A stretch of 64,000 nucleotides of DNA from Squalus acanthias (taxonomy: Eukaryota), in the NCBI GenBank assembly GCA_030390025.1, contig CM059432.1, positions 44,766,001-44,830,000 of the forward strand, in the 5' to 3' direction. The notes beneath the pieces are model-generated. The model saw only the letters and a program-made list of their open reading frames with translations, made no database searches and was not told the DNA's origin. The number at the start of each line of letters is the position of its first letter. The stretch's first letter is position 1. Shown piece after piece: positions 24,693 to 36,000 of the stretch. The position numbers were made by a program, and so were the translations under genes.

Positions 24693-26284
24693 GTTCTACC
24701 CTTAATTTACTCCCTTTACTTCCTCTAAATTAAAGAATATTAAATACACTAGGGACCTTACTTCACTTTAAACACTACTCACTCTAAACTAGAGACCTTA
24801 CTTTTACTTTAACGACTGGACTGTGGAAATACTCACCAGGCCCTACTTACCAATCAGCTTCTTCCCTGGTTGTGACGTCACTTTAGCGGTTTTACAGTTG
24901 TTGTTGTTGTTTGACTGCTCCCGCTCTCGGACTCTTTCCTGGGTGTAAAGTAAGAACCAAATCCTACAGGGTGAAAAGTTAGGGAAAGCAAAGGCGATGC
25001 AAGGGAGCTCCTCCTTCCACTCCTCACCCACCTAACTCCCTCACTCACCCAACTCTCAGCACTCTGTGCAAACCGCACTCAGTGCAGATCACACTGTGAA
25101 GCCTGTTTTTATTGGCCTAGTTTCCCTACTTAACTGCCTTCAGCTGCTCTGACTTACCCTCTGCCTTCTCCAGGGCTGCCGACTCCTTTCAGGTCCGCTG
25201 TCCTCGGCCTCCCGCGCTCTATATCCTCTGCCTATATCCTATTACACTTCTCCCTCCTTATTGAAGAAGTTAATCATAGCAAATAATCATTGTACATGAC
25301 TTGCATGGTATACATTTCTCAAATGGAACCCATTTTATGTTTCCAAATTCTACTATAGAATTCTGTAACACAAACAAAAGATATGAACTTATTTTCTATA
25401 TTTAACAGATTAAACTTAACCACTGGTTTTCTGTTTCGAAGAGGATACCTTCTTTCTTAAACAGAACTTTCAGATCTTATTGTAGGACTTTGACTCATTC
25501 TAGGCTGAGCCTGCGGAGAATTTTTCTCCAAGGGCTGACCTTGATCTACATTTGGACTCTCTATACTTTCAGACTGTTTGTCTGCCTGACTTGGGCTCAG
25601 AATTAAATTCTGACTTTGTCTTGGACTTGCTTCTGGTACGTCTGATGGAGGATTTGTTACTGGTACTCTACTTGTAACAAGACTATCTGACTCATCAGAG
25701 TAAATTGAATCATCCCAGCTTTCAACTCCTTCCACATCTGTAGGTAAGATATGATCAATGTGAACAAACCTAACCTTTCCATGATTAAACATCTTGACCA
25801 AATATGTGCGAGGGCCACATATCTTCACTACTCTTCCTGGTAACCACTTTAACCATTTATGGTGATGGTTCTTCACTCTAATCTTCTGGTTCAACTTCTC
25901 TCTCTAACTCTACTTTTATCATGACTCTCTTTCTGCCTTGATTGTTTCTCTTCTACGGACTGTGCCAAGTTTGGCTTTAACAACGAGAACCTGTTTCATG
26001 GCTGTCGTTTGAGAAACAACTCTGCTGGTTTTCTACCAGTAGTGGTATGAGGAGTATTCCAATAGGTAATCAGAAAATTTGCCAGTTTGCGGTCCAACGA
26101 CAACTGATGTTTCTTTGGATTTGGATCCAACATTTGCTTGATGAGGGCACGTTTGACAATTTTTACTGTGCGCTCTGCTGCACCATTTGAAGCAGGGTGG
26201 TACTTTGGTATGTTTCACACCGTTTCTGCTCATGAACTGTGTGAACTCTTCTGAACAAAATTGTGGCCCATTCTCAGACACAAT

Positions 26285-27133
26285 GGGCTGGATTTTACCA
26301 GCTCTGAAGAGGCGGGTTTGGAGGTGGGACTGCTGGGAAAATGGGAAAAATTGGGAGCGGGTCCCAACCCTGCTCCCAACCCGCCTCCAAACCATCTTCC
26401 CAGGAGGCGGGTCCCCGACTCGTGCAGGGACCCGTCTCCAGGCAGCGGGAAGGGGATTAGAGCCAATTAACAGCCTGTTAACAAGTAGTTAACAGGCAGT
26501 TAAGAGGCTTTTCCCCATTTTCCGCCTGCTGATGCGGGTTTCCCGAGGCGGGAAACCCCACCAGGGTCAGCGAGACGATCTGTGGGTCTGCTGCAGTGTA
26601 AGTGTGCAAATGACAGCTGCAGAGGTAGTGTGATGGGTGCAATGGTGCACAGGCAAGTATGACAGGTGAGAGAATGTAGTGAGAAATATTTTTATTCTGT
26701 TTATATGTTTCTGCAGGTGACAAGATTTGATGTTTCTATGAAGCCTCATCTGATCGGGAGAATTGACTTCTGCAATCTCAAATGCAGCTGCCATCTGTTT
26801 TCTCCTAAGGAGAGAGTCATTGGTGAGTCTGGGTGCAAGGGCTCATTTTTGGACAGTGATTGTCTGTGTTTGACAGCACCTCAATGCTGTCAAACACTGA
26901 CAATTCATCTGTCAAAAAATTAGGTGCCTGTCACTTTAACAAAACCGGCAGATGAAGCGTCATGCACTGACATCATCTGACACCGGCTTTCCCTTAATTG
27001 GCCGGCAAGCAGGCTTAACAAGGCCAATCAAGGGAAAATAGCATCAGGTCGTCAGACGTCGCTGGGGGCAGGACAAAAACCCAGAAACCAGCAGTCCCAC
27101 CCCCAACACGCCTCTTCAGGTAAGATCCCGGCC
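26285..27133. mobile_element. Harbinger-type MITE (TGACA-hairpin family) inserted in the Gypsy integrase
   Basis: TIRs GGGCTGGATTTTACC and GGTAAGATCCCGGCC; TSD AAT; removal restores GLSEE-IVSENGPQF. Confidence 0.88.
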
Positions 27134-30100
27134 AATTTCTTCTGAGAGGCCGTATGAAGAAAACAATCTTCGCAAATTGTCTAGTGTTTTGCTTGTTGTT
27201 ATTATCCGCATCGGAAAAACTTCTACTCATTTCAAGTGACTATCTATCACTATGAACAATTGCTGTCCTTCTAGCTCAGCAAAATCTACATGTAACCTTT
27301 GCCACACTGTGGGAGGCCATTTTCATGGCTGTAATGGTGGTTTCTTGCTCATCGATTGACACGTTGTACACTGACTGACTATGTACTCTATCTCTTTATC
27401 TAAACCTGGCCACCATAAGCAACTGCATGCAAAGCTCTTGGTCAAGCACATTCCCAGGTGCTGGTCATGAAGATCTCCTAACAATTTAGACCTGAACCTA
27501 TTTGGGATAACCACTCTTGCTCCCCACATGATACAATCTTTATCCACTGACAATTCATTCCTATGAACGAAGTATGGATGGATATCTTCCTCTGATACCT
27601 GGTTTGACCATCCATTAGCTATGTAATCATATACCTTTGACATAATTGGGTCATGTTTAGTTGCCCTAACAATCTCTTCAGCTGTGACTGGCAGCTCATC
27701 AATGTATGAGAAATAGAACACTTCTTCCTTATTGGGTGTAACTTGTGATGGGGATGGCAACCTGGACATAGCATCAGCATTACTGTGAGCAGCTGATCGT
27801 CTGTACTCAATGTCATACGTATATGCTGAAAAAAATCAAAGCCTATCTCTGCATTCAGACTGCAGCTAAGGTTGGAACTGGGGACTTTGGACTTTGGATT
27901 GCTGTCAGGGGCTTATGGTCAGTAACTATGGTAAACTTACGACCAAACGGGTATTTGTGACACTTCTTGACCCCAAAAATCAATGACAAAGCTTCCCTTT
28001 CGATCTACACATAATTCCGCTCACTGGCACTGAGAGTGCATGAAGCAAAAGCAATTGGTCTCTCCTCCCCACTATCTAGTACATGAGAGATCACTATCCC
28101 AACTCCGTACGGAGAGGCATCACCTGCTAGTTTGATCTCCTTAGATACATCATAGTGAACTAACATGGTACTCTCTACTAACTGGCTTTTACGCTCTTTG
28201 AATGCTATGTCGCATTCTTTTGACCACTTCCAAGGGACCTGTTTTCTCAACAGCTCATTCAGTGGATGTAACAATGTAGCCAAGTTTGGGAGGAACTTTC
28301 CGTAATAATTCAAAAGACCCAAGAATTATCGAAGTTCAGAGACATTCTTGGGAGTAGTTGCATTTCTGATTGTATCCCGCTTTCCCTTGGTTGGATGTAA
28401 GCTATCTTTGTCTACTCTGTGCCCTTAGTACTCCACTGAGTTTTGAAACAACTCACACTTGAGTTTGAGCATTTCATTCAACACCTCATCATGGATTTGC
28501 CTGTTTGGTGCTGAAATGAATATGTCATCCAAATAACACACTACCCCTTCAATCCCTTGCAAAATTTGGTTCATCACCCCCTGGAATATGTCATGTCGGG
28601 GGTAGAAGACACTCCAAATGGTAGCCTATTGAACTGATATAGGCCTCGGTGAGTTTTTATAATCAGGCATGACTTGGACTCTTCATCTACCTTAAGTTGT
28701 AGGTAGGCATTTGTTAGATCTAACTTCGAAAAGATCTGGCCACCTGTCAGCATTGTGAACAAATCTTCCACATTTGGCAACGTATTGGGTAGATTACACT
28801 CTAGAACTTGGTTTACAGTTACCTTATAATCACCACACAACCTTACCTTACCATCTGACTTAGGTACAACAACAATGGGTGTAGCCCAATTACTCAGATC
28901 TACCTTAGAGATAATATTCTCAGTTTCTAATCTTTTGAGTTCTTGCTCAACTTTCTCCTTGAGTGCGTATGGTACAGGACGTGGCTTGCAGTAAACTGGT
29001 CTTGCGTCCTTCTGCGCTCTGAACTCACCTTGAAGTCTTGGATCGGACTGCCCGTTTCGCTGAACACCTTCGGATACTGCTTGATGACATCATCTTTCGA
29101 TGCAAATTTCGCTTTCCCACGAAAAATCTCATTCCAATCCAGCTTCAGTGATCCCAACCAATTTCTACCTATCAAGGCAGGCTTGTCTCCTGCCACTACT
29201 ATGAGAGGCAAGCTCTGACACTGATCCTTGTATTTCACTGACATGGTGACACTTCCTACTATAAGGATTTGCTCTCCTGAGTGGTCTCACAGCTCTACCT
29301 TCGATTTCTCTAGTCGATAATCATGCAACTTGTCGCGATATGGTGATTCCGGTATCAATTTCCATGAGTATCCTGGTTCCTGCGACATCTACTTGGATGA
29401 CGATACCTCATGAATCGCTGTTAGATACCTTCATGCTCCTGATGACGTGAATCTCCAGGAACTCCTCATCCTGCTGCTTCTCTTCAATGGTATGTAGTGT
29501 CTGCCGATTTCTACTTCTAGCATTGCCAGTCGGTTTACTCTTCTGTCGGCACGCCTTCGCAAGATGTCCAGTTTTCTTGCAGTAGAAACACTCTGCCTTC
29601 ACATATGGACAGCTTTGAGTGATGTGTTTTCCCAGGCACCGATAGCACAACTTCAATGCACTGTTACCTTGACCAGTTGCTGAGGCCTTGGGGCCCAACT
29701 GCCTTTTACTTTTAGCCTGCAGCCGATTCCCCTCGGTTGTCTGTCGACTGGAAATGGCGCGGAACTCTCGAGAGTATCAGTCGGCCATATCCATTGACAT
29801 AGCTGTCTGACAAGCTAAGTCAAAAGTGGTTGTCATCAATTTACTTCTGATACGTTCATTTTTCAACCCACAAACAAAGCGGTCACGCAAAGCTCGGTCC
29901 TGAAAGTTTCGAAAATGACAGTGAATGGATAGCTTTTTTAAAGCTACAACATACTCCCTGATACACTCGTCTTTTAATTGATTGTGTGTTCCAAAACAAT
30001 AACTTTCAGCAATTTCCAGGGGCTCAGGACTGTAGTGCTGTTTTAACTTGGTTAGGATCTCCTTCAGTGGCGTGTCCATCAGCTTGGCGGGAACAAGCAA

Positions 30101-30170
30101 ATATTTCATACACCTCGGGGCCTGCTTCAGTCAAAAAAATGCCTGTTTTATCCTCCAACAAAAATTTCAG

Positions 30171-30860
30171 CTAGGGAATCCGCAATTGCATCATCATTGC
30201 CAATTCTGTGATATCTTGATGTTCTTCGCAGCCTTCAACATGTCATTGATGACGACGAACACCTCGCTAAGGCCATCCCCACGCCTCCACTACTCGCCTT
30301 CAAACAGCCGCCTAACCTCAGAGGTACCATCGTTCGCAGCAAATTACCCAGCTTTCAGGATAACAGCGACCACGACACCACACAACCCTGCCACGGCAAC
30401 CTCTGCAAGACATGCCAGATCATCAACACAGATACCATCATTACACGTGAGGACACTACCCACCAGGTACATGGTACATACTCATGTGACTCGGCCAACG
30501 TTGTATACCTCATACGTTGCAGGAAAGGATGCACCAGAGCATGGTACATCGGCGAGACCATGCAGACACTGAGACAACGTATGAACGGACACCACGCAAC
30601 AATCGCTAGGCAGGATTGTTACCTCCCAGTAGGGGAACACTTCAGCAGTCAAGGACATTCAGCCTCGGATCTGCGGGTAAGCGTTCTCCAAGGCGGCCTT
30701 CGAGACACACGACAACGCAAAATCATCGAGCAGAAACTGATAGCCAAGTTCCGCACTCATGAGGACGGCCTCAACCGGGATCTTGGGTTCATGTCACGTT
30801 ACATGACGTAGAGTCATCCAGACTCGAGTCGTCGTTGGCTTGTTCACAGATGTGATTTCC
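30171..30860 (+). mobile_element. Penelope-like element fragment with GIY-YIG endonuclease, inserted in Gypsy gag
   Basis: NVVYLIRCRKGCTRAWYIGETMQTLRQRMNGH...VGEHF...IEQKLI...GLN. Confidence 0.88.
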
Positions 30861-31124
30861 AGTAAAAAAAAAGTAAACATTTTAAAGTTTATGGTTTTCC
30901 ATACAGACAGCAGCATTTGACACATTAGACCCCCTGTGACCCCACCTCATTGTCTCAGTTGTATCTTGCTATGTCTTTGATGTGGTGCCTTCCTGGCTGA
31001 CCTGATTGTTTCTCTGCCGAGGTGTGACGAAAGGCAGTCAGGAGGATTAAATGTAGTCGTCTGACATTGTACGCTACACATGCATTGTTCTCTGTCTATA
31101 TATGCTTTGCCGATTTGTATTCCT

Positions 31125-31252
31125 TCACTTCACCTGACGAAGGGGCAGCCGCTCCGAAAGCTTGTGATTTCAAATAAAACTGTTGGACTATAACCTGGCG
31201 TTGTGCAACTTCTCACTTTTTTCCACCCTAGTCCAACACCGGCATCTCCGCA
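31125..31252 (+). mobile_element. Penelope-type terminal repeat (family 2)
   Basis: Similar to 45479-45588; contains a hammerhead core. Confidence 0.7.
31130..31167 (+). ncRNA. Minimal hammerhead ribozyme motif (family 2)
   Basis: UCAC-CUGACGA-A-GGGGC(AGCC)GCUCC-GAAA-GCUU-GUGA. Confidence 0.7.
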
Positions 31253-33019
31253 TCGTGATATCTTGAGACACAGCATATATATACAACAGCACAATATGGC
31301 TTCCAGTAAGAACTGTACTGAATATGGCTTTATTATTATATACATCAGCAGTCCACCAGGTGGCTCTATTACACCTCTGCCATCTGTTCTCCATAGATAG
31401 CATGTGCTCATGTGAGTGGCGCATTAGCTGCTCCATGCAGATGGCCATCCTTTCCATGGAAGTGCCGACAGTCGCCATCGCCTGCGACATGGTGCTGCTC
31501 ATGTTGGAGATGGACTCCTCCATTCTCTGCACATTTGCAGACATCGTGGTCACAAAACCTGTCAGAGGCTCCTGCACTTCTTCCTGCACCTCCAGGATCA
31601 CCCTCTTTCTCGATGACCCCTGAGGCTGAGCGTCTGCATGCAGCTGAGCAGAGCTGAGAGCATCCTGTGCCCTCCAGTGAGGAGTCTCCACTGCTGTACC
31701 TGTGTCCACCATCTCCTCTTGCTCACTTGTGACTTGTGAGACTCCAGGTGACAACACTACTCTATCTCGCGTAGGACCCACCGAGGTGTGCACATCTGCG
31801 CTGGTGCTGGGTGTGCTATGTCTGGTAATGGTGCACCCTGAGGCTGGAGGCTCCTCTGAGGTGTTGTCTTCCTCTTCCACCTGGACAGTGGCGGGGGGCT
31901 CTTGATAGACCTGTGGGAGAGTAAAGAGATGATTTAGAAATGTCATATCAAGAATGGGTAATGATACCATTATGCACATGATGAACATTCAGTGGCTGCT
32001 GACATCAGTCCCCATATGATTGACTGCTGTATGCCACGTGGCTGTATGAGATGTAATTCTGTCACCAGGTTGCTGAGATGTCCCCCTCTCTCCATCTCCC
32101 ACCGCTAGCTGCTTTGCAACTCCTGAGACATCCAGGGTGACCTCCTCTGCTGGAGTCAACGTGGCAAATGATGGAGGGCCACCTCCGCTTCCCTCCCTCT
32201 CCCTCTTATTGTGGGCTCTCTTCTCCTGCAAGGAGGGAAAGAAGAGATGTTTGAGTGAGAGGGATGGAATGAGTGTAAGGAATGGATGGGTTACATCTGC
32301 AGAGGGTGACTATGAGGTTGTGTGGTGCCAATGCCAAAGTGCCAATGTAAAGTGGCCTCCTTATATGTTGTTAGTTGGTATGCTTGCATTAGGATGAGGG
32401 TGAGTGTGAGGTGTGGTTAGTCAGATGGGGATGTGAGTATGTAGATAGAGAGAGAGATGGGTGGATGTGCAAGGTATGTTGGTGTGAGTAATGATGTGCA
32501 GGAGCAGGCTTGGGAAGGCAGAGTGATGGGGATGTGATGCAAGGCACAGCAGGATGAAGTTGAGTGTGGCTTTGCACTCACCTTTCCTGATCTAATGAGA
32601 TCATTGAAGCGCTTCTGGCACTGCACCCAGGTCCTCTTCACCACATCCCTGCTGTTGACCCCCTCTGCTATCTCCAGCCAGGCTCTTTTAGTCTCCTGTG
32701 GTGGTCTCTTCTGCCCATCAGCAGGGAAGAGGACCTCCCTGCGTGCTCTGACTCCCTCCACAAGAATATGTAGGGAGTCATCGGAAAACCTGGGTGCAGC
32801 TCTCTGCCTCTGTGAAGCTATGTGTGCAAGGCTGAACAGTAAGCAAATGCTGACATGTGCTGCCTGCACACTCCTAGATGAACCTTCAAATGCAATGTGG
32901 CCATGGCTCCTTTAAATATCCTGGCTGGCAATGAGTCATTGATGACTTCATCAGACCTGCACCATTTAATAGGGCCAGGAAACATGTAGGTCTGCCTTAA
33001 TAGCTCTTTTCTGCTCTCT

Positions 33020-36000
33020 AAGTTGGGGAAGGGGTTTAGATTAAGAGCTGAGAAACTGTAACTTGCTAGTACTTATTAAATTAATAACGTAAAAAAAAAA
33101 AAATAATCAAACAATAAACCTAAAATATCAATTGGAATTTTTTTATAACTAATTAATTAATAAATAAAACAAGGTTAGAGATGGCAGGGCAGGTGGTGTG
33201 TCGTAACTGCAGCATGTGGGAGTCTGTGGAGAGCATCGCGAGCCCAAGCAACCACGACTGCAGTAAGTGTCTGCAACTCGAGGAACTTCGGCTCAGAATT
33301 GTTGAGCTGGAGTACGAGTTGCAGACATTGCGATGCACCAGGGAGGGGGAGAGTTACCTGGACACTTTGTTCCAGGAGGCTGTCACACCCTTTAGGTTAA
33401 GTAGTATTTTAGAGTTCGTCAGTGATCAGGGACAGGAGGGTGTGACTGCGAGTCAGGAAGGTATGGGGACCCAGGATGTAGTGATGGAGGAGCCTTAGCC
33501 CTTGACCTTGTCCACCAGGTATGAGGTACTTGCTACCTGTATGGATGAGGAAAAGGACTGCAGGGAGGCTGGGCAAACTGACCACGGCACCGTGGTACAG
33601 GGGGCCATCCAAGTGGGGGGAGAAGGAAGGGATGTGGTAGTAGTAGGGGACAGTATAGTCATGGGGATAGATACTGTTCTCTGCAACCACGAAAGAGAAT
33701 CCCGAAGGCTGTGTTGCCTGCCCGGTGCCAGGGTTAAGGATATCTCCTTGCGGCTGGAGAAGAACTTGGAGTGGGAGGGGGAGGATCCAGTTCTCATGGT
33801 CCATGTAGGAAACAACAACATAGGTAGAACTAAGAATGAGGTTCTGCTGAGGGAGTTTGAGGAGCTAGGGTCTAAATTAATAAGCAGAACCTCAAGGGTA
33901 ATAATCTCTGGATTACTACCTGAGCCATGCACAAATTGGCATAGAGTCAAGCAGATCAGAGAGTTAAATGCGTGGCTCAAAGAGTGGTGTGGGAAAAAGG
34001 GGTTTCAATTCATGGGGCACTGGCACCAGTACTGGGGAAAGAGGGAGCTGTTCCATCGGGACGGGCTCCACTTAAACCGGGCTGGGACCAGCGTCCTGGC
34101 AAATCGAATAACTAGGGCTGTAGATAGGGCTTTAAGCTAAAAAAGGGGGGGAGGGGTCAGGTGAGGGGAAATTTAGAAATCTAAAGAGAAAGGTGAAGGC
34201 AATAGAGCAGTGTAGCAATTTGGGTAAAAATAAGCAGAGTGTGACAGGAAGGGACAGAGAGTTTAATGGTAGCAGTGCAGCAGAGAATAAGGTCAAAGCA
34301 GGGAATAATGGTAAAAAAATTAAATTAAAGGCCCTTTATCTGAATTCACAAAGCATTCATAACAAGATAAACAAACTAGTGGCACAAATAGAGATAAATG
34401 GGTTTGGTCTAATAGCCATTACAGAGACATGGTTGCAAGGTGGCCAAGGTTGGGAACTAAATGTTCCAGGGTACTTGACGGTTCAAAAAGACAGGCAGAA
34501 TGGAAAAGGAGGGAGAGTAGCCCTGACAATAAAGGATGACATAAGGACAGTAGCGAGAAAGGATCTCGGCTTGGAAGATCAGGAAGTAGAATCAGTATGG
34601 GTGGAGATAAGGAATAACAAGGGGCAGAAAACACTGGTAGGAGTAGTATATAGGCCCCCTAACAGTAGCTATACTGTTGGACAGATTATTAACCAAGAAA
34701 TAGTAGGAGCTTGCAACAAAGGTGATGCAATAATCTTCATATAGACTGGACAAATCAAATTGGCAAAGGTAGTCTGGAGGACGAGTTCATGGAATGCATT
34801 CAGGACAGTTTCCTAGAACAATATGTCATGGAACCAACTAGAGAACAGGTTATTTTAGAACTTGTATTGTGTAATGAGACAGGGTTAATTAGCAATCTCA
34901 TAGTAAAGGATCCTCTGGGGCAGAGTGATCATAATATGATAGAATTTCACATTCATTTTGAGAGTGACTTGCCTAAGTCCGAAACTAGAGTCTTAAACTT
35001 AAATAAAGCCAATTACATAGGTATGAGGGGTGAGTTGACTAAGGTAGATTGGAAAAATAGATTAAAAGGTATGGCGGTAGATAAGCAGTGGCTAGCATTT
35101 AAAGAAATATTTCATAATTCTCACAAAAATACATTCCATTGAGAAACAAAAACTCCATGGGAAAAGTGATCCAACCATGGCTAACTAACGAAGTTAAGAA
35201 TAGCATTAGATTGAAAGAAGAAGCTTATAATGTTGCAAAGAATAATAGTAAGCCTGAGGATTAGGAGAGTTTCAGAAACCAGCAAAGGTTGACCAAAAAA
35301 TTGATAAAAAAGGAAAAATAGAATATGAGAGAAAACTAGCAAGAAATATAAAAGCAGACTGTAAGAGTTTCTACAAGTATGTAAAAAGGAAAAGAGTAGC
35401 AAAAGTAAACGTTGGTCCCTTAGAGGCTGAGACAGGAGAAATTATTATGGGGAATAAGGAAATGGCAGAAACGTTAAACAAATATTTTGTTGGGAACTTC
35501 ACAGTAGAAGACACAAAAAGCATACCAAAAATGGTGGGGAACCAAGGGTCTAATGAGGGTGAGGAACTTAACGTAATTAATATCAGTAGAGAAAAAGTAC
35601 TAGAGAAGCTAATTGGGCTAAAAGCCGACAAATCCCCATGCCCTGGCAGCCTACATCCTAGGGTTCTAAAAGAGGTGGATGCATTGGTTTTGATCTTCCA
35701 AAATTCCTTAGATTCTGGAATGGTTCCAGCGGATTGGAAGGTCGCAAATGTAACCTCCAAGAAAGGAGGGAGAGAAAAAACAGGGAACTACAGGCCAGTT
35801 AATCTGACATCAGTCGTCGGGAAAATGCTGGAATCTATTGTTAAGGAAGTGGTATCAAGTCACTTAGAAAATCATAACATGATTAGGCAGAGTCAACATG
35901 GTTTTATGAAAGGGAAATCGTGTTTGACAAATTTATTAGAGTTTTTTGAGGAGGTAACTAGCAGGGTAGATAAAGGGGAACCAGTGGATGTAGTATATTT

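Larger units (their letters stand above)
20687..25235 (-). mobile_element. Near full-length CR1 LINE
   Basis: 5' UTR, ORF1, ORF2 and 3' UTR with GGAGCAGG...CCTGCTCC stem and TTCTTATGTTCTT tail. Confidence 0.97.
25239..31373 (-). mobile_element. Decayed Ty3/Gypsy LTR retrotransposon (gag-PR-RT-RH-IN)
   Basis: 5' LTR TGTAATAG... at 31373-~31255. Gag LRDRFVCGL with two zinc knuckles (CYRCLGKH, CFYCKKTGHLAKAC). Protease MEIDTG. RT CGDYK, KLDLTNAY, RLPFG, YLDD. RNase H DASPYGVG, PIAFAS. Integrase H-H-C-C and IVSENGPQF. Polypurine tract AAGGAGGGAGAAG (25259-25247) followed by TGTAATAG. Confidence 0.92.
20275..32869 (-). pseudogene. Harbinger Myb/SANT-like DNA-binding protein gene with 3 exons (~32869-32582, 32225-32066, 31910-31374 plus ~20685-20275); exon 3 split by Gypsy and CR1
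   Basis: RAAPRFSDDSLHILVEGV...AWLEIAEGVNS..KRTWVQCQKRFNDL; EKRAHNKREREGSGGG; canonical GT-AG sites (AAG|GTGAGT, TTGCAG|GAG, CTG|GTGAC, CCACAG|GT); basic C-terminus RSTRKRK. Confidence 0.8.

Noticed and set aside
30808..30845. Hammerhead of the third Penelope family (GAGTC..GACTC stem)
   Set aside because: Only a stem II-like hairpin remains; CUGA and GAAA are absent, so at most a dead remnant.
31010..31045. CTGCCGA...GAAA as another hammerhead
   Set aside because: The core lacks CUGANGA and has no convincing stem II.
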